Shown: in pieces, positions 16,516 through 35,299 of the stretch
Position numbering within the stretch: position 1 is the stretch's first letter
How the letters are laid out: the number at the start of each line of letters is the position of its first letter
From: the human T2T-CHM13v2.0 reference genome, Homo sapiens
Length of the DNA: 64,000 nucleotides
Reading direction: 5' to 3' (one strand)
NCBI RefSeq assembly: GCF_009914755.1
Contig: NC_060941.1
Position numbers and translations under genes: made by a program
The notes under the pieces: model-generated
Databases searched by the model: none
What the model saw: only the letters and a program-made list of their open reading frames with translations
Told to the model about the DNA's origin: nothing

Positions 16516-18744
16516 GAGCAGGCTTTTAATCCCTACTCTCTCCATGATTGCTGGATTTGACTCTACAGTTGAAAATGGCCAATTTCCTTGATGGAGACTC
16601 TCAGGTGAAGGCAGCATTCCCATCTCAAAATGGCATCTTCGCACAACTGCAACAAAGGGTAGAAGGCCATGATTCTTAACGGAGGAAAAATAACATTATC
16701 TGGGTATTTTCCTGAAGCTTACAAGAAAGCCTACTGGCCTAGACCTTCTCTAGATCCTTCTCTCATGGCCACATAGTTTGGTCAGCTCCTCAGGGTATGA
16801 CTGAGGGTAGCCAGACTGGTTTGTCCCAACATACGCACCAGAACATAAGCACTGCAGGGGCTTCTCTTCAAAGGGAGGTAGGAGGATCAAGTTTAAGGTT
16901 TGGTTCTGCCACTCACACATGACCCTGGACAGGTTACCAGCCCTTGCTGGTTGCCTTTTCCCATCTGTCTGCTCTGGAAGACAGAGCAGGGTAGTAATTT
17001 TTCTCAGCTTGGGAGAGGAGGGTAATGCCTGAGAGAGGGTGCCCCAAACACCACCCTCCTAGGTTCTGATGTGCTCATACTGTTACTGAGGGATGTGCGC
17101 CATATTTCTTATGTGCAGCTGGAAGGGGAAAAAATTGAGACTCATTGGACTACATGGCCGAGAGCCCATCAAGCAGTCTAATGCACTCTGATTCCAGTTA
17201 TCTTGGGAGGCTACACATCTATTCATACATGCTTCTAGGGCTCAAAATATTTCTGGAATTCTTTGGAAATTCCCTTCAAAGAATATACTTTTGAATCCCC
17301 TAAATGGTAAAAATCCTGTTCACTTTAGGATGGATTTCATTTTAATAAATAGCTGAAAACCAAATCCAAGTGTCCTCAATAAATTGTGTGATCAAACTGG
17401 GTAATAACAATTTTGATCAAAAGTGTAGTGTGAATCATGTAAAAGTCCTATTAAGCAAAGACTGGAAGGAATTGGAGAATGTTTTAACTTGTATAAGGAT
17501 AACTGGCTTAAGAGTAAATATTTGTTTTCAAAGGTTCGTTTTTGTTTTAAAGTTGAATTATTAAATGGGTTAGATAAGTTGTTAAATTTAACTGGAAATT
17601 TTTTTAAGACTGATTTCAATAACCCGTAAATTCACGCCAAAGGGTGATTATTTTGAAAGGGACATTTTTTTTGGAAGAATAAATTTGCAGGAAAAGCAAA
17701 ACAAAACAAAAAATAAAACACCACAGATATTACATTTTATTTTTAATTTTTTGTTCCCTTTTTTTTTCCAGGTAGATAATCCCAGCAAAAGGTAGTACTT
17801 TATTATCAAGTGGTACTTAAATATTCCTAGGAAAAACAGCCACATGTTTTAAGAACTGCAGCCTCCAAAAGGGACAATCAATGTATCAACTCTGATTTAT
17901 GAAGTCTTAAGGCAAAAGTTTTAAATGGCCTCACAACCGACCATACAAAGAATCTTATCTGTAGGAGGCGGGCCACCCTCAAAACCAGAGAATTATCCCG
18001 AGGTATTTCAGGGTGCTCATGGGTGCCACATCTCCTAGAAAGTTGATCTGAAACCACTGCAAACTAAAGGACCCCACAAATGAGTCATTTAACAAATCCA
18101 AATAAAACATTTTCTCAATAGCTTTTAGGTACAAAGGGTATCATCCAGAGACTGCCTTGGTTTATTTACATCTTCAAAATATAAACAAAATGTAAACATT
18201 CTATTTTCATCCAACTTTTAAAGTCTACGCTCCTAAAAGAAAGTGGCCACTGATAAAAGAAAATAGCATACTTTAAACCGCCTATCATAAAAACAATTTA
18301 AGGTTAGTTTTGTTTTTAAAACACTCAACATTGCTTAGGGCTGGGGGAGAGGGCTGTAAAATACTACATACAATCAGCAAATTTCAATTCTAGGAATCTA
18401 TCTCCAGGAAATAACTAAGCACTTAAAACTCATTCAAGAGTTTAGCAACAAGAAAGTTCATTACATTGTTATAATTTTTATAATGAAAATAAAAACATAT
18501 CTGTGTAGTGAAAAAATAAAAAAAAATAAAAACAGCCTCAATATCTAAATGATTGAGTGGTCAAATTATGGTACATCCATTCCATTCAGAGAAATACTAC
18601 GCAGCCAATTAAGAATAATGTTGCAGAATTAAGCTGATTGACATAGATCTATATGTTCCAGTGTGGGGAAGAAAAGTATTACCTGTAAATATGTGCACAG
18701 AAAAAGCATCTGAAAGAACATATGTCAAGATATTAGATTAGTTA

Positions 18745-19885
18745 TTAGAGAAATGCAAATCAAAGCTATAATGAGTTACCACTCCACATCCACCAGGATG
18801 GCTAAGATTAAAAAGATAGGTAATAACGAGTATCAGTGAGGGTATAAGAGACACTGTAACCCTCCTTCCTACATTGCAGGTGGGAATGTAAAATAGTGCA
18901 GCTGCCTTGGAAAACAGTCAGACAGTTCCTTGAAAGGTTAAACAAAGAGTTACCATATGACCCAACAATCTCTTTCCTAGATATATGCCCAAGAAGAGTG
19001 AAAATAAATGTCCACGCAAAAATTTGTACACAAATGTTCATGGCAGAATTATTAATAGTCCCAAAGCAGAAACAATCCAAATGTCCCTCAATGGATGGAT
19101 GATATGGTTTGGCTCTGTGTCCCCACCCAAATCTCATCTTGTAGCTCCCACTATTCCCATGTGCTGTTGGAGGGACCCCGTGGGAGACAACTGAATCATG
19201 GGGATGGGTCTTTCCCGTGCTGTTCTTGTGATAGTGAATAAGTCTCACGAGATTTGATGGTATTAAAAATGGGAAGCTCCCTGCACAAGCTCTCTCTTTC
19301 CCTGCTGCCATCAACGTAAGATGTGACTTGCTCCTCCTTACCTTTTTTCATGATTGTGAGGCCTCCCCAGCCACGTGGAACTGTAAGTCCATTAAACCTA
19401 CTTCTTTTGTAAATTGCCCAGTCTCGGGTATGTCTTTATCAGCAGCATGAAAATGGACTAATACAATGGATAAATAAAATGTGGTATATTCATATAATGG
19501 AATATTATTCAGCAATAAAAAGGAACAAAGTACTGACACATGTTATTATACAACATGGATGAACCTTGAGAACATGATGCTAAGTTAAAGAGGCCAGTTA
19601 CAAAAGACCACATAATGTATGATTCCATTTATATAAGAGGTCCAGAATAGGCAAATTTATAGACAGAAAGTAGATTTGTGGTTGCCAAGGACTAGGAGGT
19701 TTGGGGGGAAACGGTGTGTAACAGCTAATAGGTATGAAGTTTATTTCTGGGATGATGAAAATGTTCTAAAATGGACTGTGGTGATGACTGCAGAATTCTG
19801 TCAATATACTAAAACCCACCGAATTGTACACTTTAAATGGGTGAATTGTGATGATAGGTGAATTATATCTCAATAAAATTGTTTA
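18745..19885 (+). mobile_element. Old L1 (L1M-type) 3' region interrupted by THE1
   Basis: L1 3' motifs (gaaatgcaaatcaaa, ttaccatatgacccaacaat, atggatgaaccttgag) ending in aataaa. Confidence 0.8.
19100..19465 (+). mobile_element. THE1-family (MaLR) solo LTR inserted in L1
   Basis: TGATATGGTTTGGCTCTGTGTCCCC...GGACTAATACA termini; 5-bp TSD ATGGA at 19095-19099 and 19466-19470. Confidence 0.9.
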
Positions 19886-20160
19886 AAATCTTCATAGAGG
19901 TAATGTTTGGAAAATAAGATAATAGAAGGCTTGTTTTTTATTTTTTAATTTAGGCTTATCTATCCTTTCTAACTTTTCTACAATGAATATGATTACTTTG
20001 AGATAATGCCTCAAAAAAAAATATCTTCCCCTGTTATCATACAGAAAGCACCAAACATAAAATAATTGAAAAAATGAAAATACCCCTTTCTTTATGATCC
20101 CTATGGCCACAGCAAGATGACTGGCAGGCAAAGCTCGGCTTATTACCACATCAACCCTGA

Positions 20161-20517
<357 letters not shown>

Positions 20518-22199
20518 GAGAAGCTCAATGTTTTTTTACATGGATGATGGTTTACTAAGGTGCTACTAAAGTGACAAATGTGATGGTGTACTCAGAACAT
20601 TTTCTACCGGGTTACAGAAGATGTTCTGTGGGGAAAAAGTGAACAAAAATAGATAACATCGTATTTTTATACCGTTGTATTTGCTGTATGTTTGTACATG
20701 AGCAAAGATTATAAGATATTGATAGAAAGACTGTCTAAAACCAGCTGTGTTGCTCTAAGGCAGGGAAGTTTGAAACCAAACATGGGATATAGGTAAAGAT
20801 AGAAAGGAAAAAAAAAACTGCTTCTGGGAAATATTTCCAACCAGTAGTTTATTATTCACAAACTGTGATTCACCAGTCCTATTTTTTAAGCCAGCATCAC
20901 GCTCTAATCATATTCCTAGGTTACAAGCCCAGTTATTTGTGCATAATAAAAACTGAATCCATTAAGATGATACATTAGGCTTTTCTTCCCTATGTCATCT
21001 CTTTAGGGAGACATTTGATTATAAAACCTACAAAATATTGAACCTACATATTACTTTGGATCCCGAAACCAAAGAGGTTTCCTATGAAAATGAAACAGTT
21101 ATCCAAGGATTCTTTCACCTGAAAAACGGAGTCCAAATCTGGGGCAGGCAAATAATGAAACCCTCAGACCTATGCAAGTGACACTATTCCATCCAGACAT
21201 GAAGAAACTTTAATGCGGCTCACTAGATTTATGTTCGGAAATATGGGCTATTGTTGAACTCTCTCTCGAATAACTCTCAGATACATTTTTCTCCTGTGCT
21301 CTGAGAAGCTACATTACTGCAGAAGGCTGAATAGGCAGGCAAGTTAATGAAACAATACACATGTGCACAACTACAGTTTAATTTCATGATCAGCAGCCCT
21401 GATAACAAACTCAATGAACATTCTACTTATGGCCTCAGTATAAACACTTGATATCGCCTATTAGGATAATTAATGCAGGTGATCACTGTCAGAATAAATG
21501 ATAAGCAAAGACATTGCTAGTTAAGACTCATCTATCAGATTACAGTGTTTCTATACACACATGATCCTCAGTTCTCGGTGACTTTTTAAAAACCTCCCTC
21601 TAAAACCAAAATATTGGCTAAATGAAAGAAATCTGATATCTTATAGCTTTTAAAAAAAAAGGTACTTTGCCTCACATTGTACTGATCTCTTTGGTAATTG
21701 AGAGATGTGGCACCTAAATAACCATAAAATGAGGACTGCTGACAGTGATGATGTAACCCTAACCAACTCTAGGAGCAAGATATAGGTCTAGGAAGAAAGG
21801 AAAAACTCACTGACTAAATAAGCACATTCTGGATTAACAAAAGACAGCCTCAAGTGCTTAATAATACCAATGTTATTGCGTTTTGGATCTGGTAGCCTAA
21901 AGTCTCAACTCATAATGAGTCAATGTCTGGCTCAATAAGACACACACTGAAAGAAAATCACAGTATTGCCTCCAATGCAATAGTTACTACATCAATCAAA
22001 AAGAAATATCAAAAACTATTTCTTGCAGAGGCATAGTATAACATTCAAAAAATGATGGCTTAGAGTAAAAAGCATCTTTGGAGCATAAAGAGAATTTACA
22101 TTTATTATCTATTAAGCACGTGTGAAGGTGGTGCCTTCTTTCACATGTTAGCTGTCCCCATTTCACCTATCAGGAAGGAGTCTCTAAGAAGTAAAATCA

Positions 22200-22584
<385 letters not shown>

Positions 22585-22732
22585 TTATACCCACTGCGTT
22601 CTGCACATCACTGTTGCCTGGTTTAACTGCAAACTTTGCTATGAGTTTCATTTACAATTTTAAAATAATAATTCTTACTATGTTTGGGGGTAAAAACCCT
22701 TGGGAGAAAATTCTAGGAGTGAAATTCTGACC

Positions 22733-23074
<342 letters not shown>

Positions 23075-24705
23075 TAACCTTTTGATAAGGGTCTGGAATA
23101 TTTTATCATGAACTCTGAGAAGTTTGGATTTCTAAATACAAATTGGAAATATTTACACGAACTGAAACTATAGTTCCAACTACAGCTAAATCGTTATTTT
23201 TGGCTCTTTAGCCTAAGTTATTCAATAACCAAACACTAGAATCCAGTGACAAAGTAGCAAAAGGAAAGATGTGGCAAAGGAAACCATTATACACCTATCC
23301 CTTGACGTTATGAAATGATCGAATTCATGTCAAACATTTGGTCATTCTGCTTATACCTTCGTTTGTGAACAGATGCCAGGCAGTAGTTACCAATCCAAGG
23401 TGAGGTGCTCAAGTTCAAAACCTGACCTTAGTTGTAAAAGTGGGGTTTTTATTTGAAAGAAAAACTTAACTTCCACAAGTTCTATTATAAAGAGTCTACA
23501 AATTTTCCTTTATTTAAAAAAAAAAACCCTGAATTTGAAAAAGGCAACCTTATTTATTTACTTCTCCTGTTTCCAAATTCTTGTTACTCCAAGAGTACAG
23601 ACAGTTATTTACCTAAAATGCAAAACCTCCAAAGAGTTCACACGGTGGCTGGCACTCAGGCACACACATGTCAGTGCTCTACTGGGACACCTGGTACATG
23701 ATATCCCTATTAAAGAGTACACAGTACCTTTAAAGAGGTCATTAAACAGAACACGGACAAATTTGCCACGCTCACATCCTGAACAATACATTTTGTGAAA
23801 AACATTCGCTAATTTAGGTTCTTCCAACCAGAAGAAAAAAAAAAGCCAAGTCTCCCACAAAGTGCCCCCAAATCCACAGCTGAGTGAAGGTCATAAAGAG
23901 TTAAATGAATGTAAACCAGGCCCTATCATTCGTCTCCTCCAGAAAAAGATGAAAAGACATTTCTGATGGCCCCAGGTGCTCTCCCACGAGGAGACAGTCT
24001 TTCATTTGAGGTTCTGAAGCGGCCTCACCTCGAACCCATGCGGGATCTTCCAAGAGTGCAATTCCCACAGCTCCACTTGCTCAAGGAAGTCTCGGTGCAC
24101 AGAAGGAAGCCTGCAGCCTCCCAGTACCAAGAAACCGGCAGGGCAAGTGGCAGAAGCCAGCTCTCGGGTGAGAGTCCTTACTCCCTGTTGCATTCGTTCC
24201 CCAAAGTTTTCGAATTTTTAAAAAGTTCAAACAAGGATTCGAAGCGCAGGACAGACCCTTCCCCTGGATCCCAACGCCCTTTCGGCTCCTCCGCGGCCCC
24301 CGCCAGGCAGCGCCGGCGCCCGCCCGCGAGGAGGAGGGTCCCGCAGGTGGGCGGCCTCCTCAGGCCGGGGCCTTCTGGGACCCCCAAGTGCCGTGCAGGA
24401 CGCCACGAAGTTGCGCCCGAGCCCGCGGGGTCCGGGGAGCCGCTGCCCGTGACAGCCGCGCTGGCTTGGGAGGCTCTTCGGGCGGCCGACGCCTCGGTGG
24501 GGCCGCGACTCCCGTCAGGGAAGCTCTCCCGGCCCGGTGCCGCCTCCTACGCCCGGCCCGAGCCTCCCACGGCTGGGCTCACGGGGCATCTGGCCGCCGC
24601 CGTCGCGCTCCCAGCTCGGACTCCAGCCCCGGCGCCGCGACGCTGCCCCGGCCCCGACCCGGCCGTCGCGAGCTGTCCTCCACCCCACGCTCCCCGGTCA
24701 CTCAC

Positions 24706-24759
24706 CCCGAGGCCGGGCAGCAGCAGCGTCAGCAGCAGCAGCAGCCGCCGGGCCGGCAT
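24706..24759 (-). CDS. ERN1: ERN1 (IRE1alpha) coding exon 1, signal peptide MPARRLLLLLTLLLPGLG
   Basis: ATG at 24759-24757 in context ctcgccATGc; 18 codons match the recalled IRE1alpha N-terminus; phase-0 donor GGG|GTGAGT with GT at 24705-24704. Confidence 0.97.
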
Positions 24760-24872
24760 GGCGAGGACTCGGCCCTGGCTCCGGGGGCGGTACGGACAGA
24801 GGACGGGGCGGGGGCGCCGCGACGACAGCGAGGCGGTGACCGAGCCTCAGCGGACGCAGAACTGACTAGGCA
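24760..24872 (-). other. ERN1: ERN1 5'UTR / transcription start region
   Basis: GC-rich leader; Inr-like TCAGTT on the minus strand at 24865-24860; TATA-like TTATAG about 30-40 nt upstream. Confidence 0.8.
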
Positions 24873-25060
24873 GCGGCGGCACCCCCATTCCCGGCCCTAT
24901 AAGCGCTGGGTGCCGCGGCTTCTTCCGGTCGGGGCGGAGTTGCGGGCGGGGACGGGGCGGGGCCAATCTAGGGGCGTGTTCGGGGCGGAGATGGGGGCGG
25001 GCCGAGGGCGTGCCCCGGGCGGGGATGTGGGAGGGGCTGGCTCGGGGCGGGGCCGAAGGC
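24873..25060 (-). promoter_or_regulatory. ERN1 core/proximal promoter: TATA-like box, ETS site, GC boxes, CCAAT box
   Basis: ctataag 24897-24903; CTTCCGGT (ETS) 24922-24929; GGGGCGGAGT 24931-24940 plus several GGGGCGG; CCAAT 24963-24967. Confidence 0.8.
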
Positions 25061-26733
25061 GGTGCTGGCATCTGGCTGGCTTCGCTCATGAGGCGTCGGC
25101 GGCTGTAAAGGACCAGGCCTCGGCATCCAGCGTCTGGGGGCGCTGGGGGATCGAGGCGCGAAGCTTGTCTGTGGCTGGGAAAGACCGGCAATGCCCCACC
25201 AGGCCGTCCCATTAACCCTGCCGAGGGACCTGCCGCGTCAGACTTCATCGGGGAAAAGGGCGGGACACGGGCGGTCCCGGGTGCCTAGAAGCCTCCTTTT
25301 CGTCTTTCCGCCGTGGTGGAATCATCCGCAAGGTTTACCGAGGCGACCTCCGGAGCGAAGGTTTCAGCAGCTACCGGAGGCTTCCAGCAAACACGGCGCA
25401 GCTGCCCCGCGCGGCAGTCGCAGTGTTCACAGCCCTAGGGTTCTCCAGCTGTGCCTCGTCTTCTCTGGGGCCCCTTTCTTCCTTTTCCTTGCCCTCAGGA
25501 ATTCCCCTCAAGTCATATCCACCAGCCATCACTTCCGCTTGGAATGAACCACGGCCAAGTCACTCACCAAAAATTATAAGGAGGAAACCATTTCGGCCAC
25601 TTGTGTCACGTGCGTTGATGTGACACGTGTGGATGTGAAGTTTGAGATGGTCTGCGTCACAACTCGTTGGAGGGAGTGGGTGGGTTGAGGCCTCCTGCAA
25701 GGTCTATGTGAGGGTGTGGAGTACTAATTAGAGTTAAAGAGCTCGGCAGCTGTTTGGTCACTGGCACTGGCCTCCACTGAGAGGGACATGGGTAGGGAGG
25801 ACACGTCTTTTGCAAGGAAAGACAGTAAACTGAGATTTGGAGCCCAGGGAAAGGTATCTAACTTATCCTAGGAGAAAAAGAAAACGGCTATGAAATTCTC
25901 TAATTTTTCCTGACTTGCTTATATGAGAGCCTAAGATTTTTCAGGTTTGAAGGAAAAGAATAAGCACTCCTAGACAAAACAACAAAGTAGTAGTGGGGGA
26001 CTGGCCAAATGTCCAGTCTGTGTGCATTGTGGTCAATCTTATCCAACTAAAACAGACCAAAATGACAGTAAGCCCAAATCCTGCAAATAGAGCTCCCCAT
26101 TCCTAACCCCCTAGGCCTGGATTACAGTGAAGGGACTAAGTCCTACCGCATGCTGGAGACTCCAACACATCTCTGTAAGAGTGGGAAGAATCTTGGCAAC
26201 TGTGAAAACAGTAGAGACATTTTGAAAAGTGTTACCTGAATGTCTAAATGCAAACAGAGGTTTGGGATTGGCAGAGAGATGTACTGAGAGGCCCAGCACT
26301 CCTGAGCAGTATAGCCGGGCTTCCAGGGAGGCCTACAGCCCTGAAACTGGGAGGAGCTCTTTATTTCTTGACCTTTTATCTTTTCTTTTTAGAGATGAGG
26401 TCTCACGGTGTTGCCCAGGCTGCTCTCAAACTCCTGGGCTCAAGAGATCCTCCCCAGTAGCTGGGACTTCAGGTGTGCCCCACGACACCTGGCTTGGGAG
26501 GACCTCTTTAGTGATTACCTGTCCAGTTTGCCAGCTGACAACAGCATCTGTTAGACCCTGTATACTTGACTTAAAAGAGAAGCTTGACTGAAAAATGTCA
26601 CTTTCACATCCCCCCCTCTGGTGCTTTTTCTCAAACAGAGTAAGTCTAGGAGGGGAAAATTTGCTGTACTGGAACTCTGGCAGCCCTTTTACAATTCAAA
26701 ATGTCACTGTGACCCTGTAACATCAGCAGATGA

Positions 26734-27204
<471 letters not shown>

Positions 27205-27724
27205 CCATTCTCTGAATTTCTTATGCATCGTCCACATGCTTCATGCACTTCTTCACTTGATTGGCAATCCAGACAGATAAGCACTGGTTTTATTTATGGT
27301 GGCATTGCCCATAATCTTGCTCTACAGTCAAGTACTTCTTTAGGCAGCTTTTTGCTTATGATAAAGTAAAAGCTGATAGCACTGATAAACACAAACAGAA
27401 ATGGAATATTTTGTAGGGTGCCTTTGAAGTGGACCTGACCATATAAAAGACCTGCAAATGGGCAGTAAATGACCTTTCTGCAAGTCACATTAAATAACAT
27501 CCACTGAATAAAGCAAAGGTCATGGTCTTAGTGTAAAGATAAGGCCTCTTTTCCACCAGTGTAAGAAACATATATACATCAGATTCAACAAAGAAGTACA
27601 GCAGGATCTGACTATGGGGAGGTGGGAGAAAATCTTATTTTCACTTCCCTTTAAACCACTGGTTCCCAAACTTGGAGAGCTAAAAAAACAAAACAAAACA
27701 ACAACAACAAAAAACAGATTTCCA

Positions 27725-28454
<730 letters not shown>

Positions 28455-28532
28455 TCAAGATCCAGGGCTCCAGCTCAATCATGATGTCCAGCCTTCATCC
28501 CTGCAACCATGAATCCCTTTTAGTTTAGCAAA

Positions 28533-28549
28533 TGTCGCCCTCTAGTGTA
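28533..28549 (-). promoter_or_regulatory. Candidate CTCF site
   Basis: Minus strand reads TACACTAGAGGGCGACA, matching the core CACYAGRKGGCR. Confidence 0.55.
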
Positions 28550-28894
28550 ATAAATTATGACCCAAAAAAGGAGCTTGTGCCTGTCTCATTTGTGTTTAAA
28601 ACCCTTCAAAATCTCATTTAAAAATGCTTGTGAGGTTGATTTGCAGATAGCTAGTGACAGGATAGATACCTTTGAAGGCGGAGACTTGAAAGAAAAATCT
28701 AGTAAAACCAGAAAGAAAGGTCATGGTTGAAAACTCCAGTAACATTTCAAAGGAATAGTATCTTTATCAGAATAAATCAAGTCAGTTTTTTTGTTGTTGT
28801 TGTTTTTAGTGATATCGCTGCTGCTGCTTCTTGAACTGAACCTACAGAGTGTGTGGAAGTAGTTATGGGATAAATATTAATACAACCATAAAGG

Positions 28895-29240
<346 letters not shown>

Positions 29241-30189
29241 TCATCTCCGTCCTCCCGTCACGTTTAAGGGACATTTTAAAAGTTGTTCTCACTGTGAACA
29301 CTTTGGTTTTTAGGTAAATAGGACTTTGGCTTTTCCTGTTCTAGGATGACTGGATTTGAAAAGATTGTGACACTTGTTTAAGAACTTCCCTTTACCACAG
29401 AATCCCACTCACTACACACTTTCTTAGGTTGCAAAAGTGATTATTTCTTTTTTTTCACATTATACCATAAGGAGTAAAAAGTGATTATTTCTTATTATCT
29501 TTTTTATTGGCTGTTTGCTGTTTGGAAATGTGCAACTACATGCTTTATGGTATCATCTTGTCTTATCTTTACTCTAAGACCATGACCTTTGCCTGATGTA
29601 GTGGATGTTATTTAATTTTAAGAGACAAGGCCTCTGCCCCGCTACCTATCACTCACCACCCCACTCCCAGGTTCTACCCTGTGGGGTAGCTTAGGCTAAT
29701 CCTGACTGGTTATTTGTTCACTTGTCTCTGGGTGTTGTATTTCACACGCATTTGTGCCAAGTCTATACACCGCCACAGAAAGTATCCGTGTCCCCAGTTT
29801 ATATACATTAATATTCTCAAAGGGCCAAGGCAGCACCAAGATGGAAACGGCCATCTCTCAAAGTACCTCCACTTCCTCACTGGCCAGGCTGTCCTAATCC
29901 CCTGAGGTCTGGCTTAATTCCACAGAACTCTCTGGAAACTTCTCTCAAGCACTTCATAAACATTCTTCCTCTTGTAAAATCCCTTTGGACCTAATTCCTG
30001 GGTTTGTTTTTTTCCCCCCAGCCACCGGGCCTCTTTTCAATTCAGGTATATTAAGGGTTCTTTTCTCTTGAACTTTTCCTCCTTGGATATTACCATTTTC
30101 TGGCTTTCCTCCTGTGTCTCTGCTTTTTTTCCTCCTTCCAGATTCTGTGTGGTTTATTTGGGGGGCAGGGGGTGGGGGTAGGGACGGGG

Positions 30190-30755
30190 TTTGAGTCAGG
30201 GTCTGTGTCTATTGCCCAGGCTAGAGTGCAGTGGTGTGATCTAGGCTCACTGCAACCTCTGCCTCCCAGGCTGAAACCTCCAGGGGCATACCATCCTCTC
30301 TTCTCGGCCTCTGGAGTAGCTGGGACCACAGACAGGCACCATCACACCCAGCTAATTTTTTTATATTTTGTAGATGCCAGGCGAGTGGGTCTCACTTTGT
30401 TGCCCAGGCTGGTCTCAAACTCATGAGCTCAAGCAATCAGCCTGCCTAAGCCTCCCAGAGTGCTGGGATTTGGCCTGGTGCGGTGGCTCACGCCTGTAAT
30501 CCCAGCACTTTGGGAGGCCAGGGAGGGCGGATCAGGAGGTCAGGAGTTCGAGACCAGCCTGGCCAACATGGTGAAACCCTGTCTCTGTTAAAAATACAAA
30601 AATTAGCTGGGTGTGGTGGCAGATGCCTTTAGTACCAGCTACTTGGGAGACTGAGGCAGGAGAATCACTTGAACCCCAGGAGGCAGAGGTTGCAGTTAGC
30701 TGAGATCATGCCATTGCACTCCAGCCTGGGCGACAAGAGCAAAACTTCATCTAAA

Positions 30756-30793
<38 letters not shown>
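30190..30793. mobile_element. Head-to-head Alu pair (minus 30190-30470, plus 30472-30793 with (AAT)n tail)
   Basis: ...gtgctgggatt|tggcctggtgcggtggctcacgcc junction. Confidence 0.88.
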
Positions 30794-30794
<1 letters not shown>

Positions 30795-31208
30795 GACTGA
30801 CTGTGAAAAGTGCAAGAGGGAGGGAATAAACTTAGAGAAACAGAACTTTGGTCATCAAGAGACAGATCAGGAAGGAAGGTGGTGGATGGATAGAGCAGGG
30901 AGGGCTTCATGGAAGAAGTGATGTCTGGAATGTGCCATCTGTCAGATTTGACTAGAAAGGACATTCTAGAGGCACAAGGAGGATCTGAACAAAGGCCTGG
31001 GGAAAGGAAAGCACCGAGTAACTTCATGGAAGCCCTTCCCACAGTAGTTGGTTCAGGATGAACCCATGATATGAAAAATCTTCAGGGGGAATGCATGTGA
31101 GGGAGCAGGGAGCCCAGGAGCTGCTGGGTCTGCCCTTAGGATGATGCTGTCAGCACGGTGGCTGAGTGGGGCCATGGGGCAAGTGTTGCCTGGAGTCTGG
31201 CTCCTCTG

Positions 31209-33316
<2,108 letters not shown>

Positions 33317-33636
33317 TCAAGACCATTATATGATGACTACAAAAATTAAACTTCAGATACAAAGGCATAGGTAGACTAAAAGTGAAAAGATGGAGAAAAA
33401 TAAGATAGACCTTGTGAAACCGATAAGAAAGTTGGAAAGGTTATACTGACATTGGAACTGACTTTAATACAAGGAATGTTACCAGAGATAAAAAGCGGCA
33501 TTTCACAATGATAAAGAGTCTGTTCATGCACAAAACATAGCAATCCTAAACGTGTAAACACCTAAAAACGGTTTGAAAATACGTGAAGGAAAAATTGAAA
33601 CAACTGATGGGGTGAAAAAAATAAACCCACAATTAG

Positions 33637-35160
<1,524 letters not shown>

Positions 35161-35299
35161 AGATTTGAATAACACTATCAACTACCTTGATCTCCTTTAC
35201 ACTTATAAAACATTATACCCAACAACAAAAGAATACACATTCTGGAAACACTTATTCTATTTTATGGAATGAAGTGTTGCCAATTTAAAAAAAAAAAAA

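Larger units (their letters stand above)
24240..25430. promoter_or_regulatory. CpG island over the ERN1 promoter and exon 1
   Basis: Very high GC and CpG density compared with the CpG-depleted flanks. Confidence 0.9.

Noticed and set aside
23966-25215. Long + strand ORFs (299 aa, 275 aa) antisense to ERN1 exon 1
   Set aside because: Low-complexity Pro/Arg/Ala/Gly translations expected in a stop-poor CpG island; no recognisable domain.
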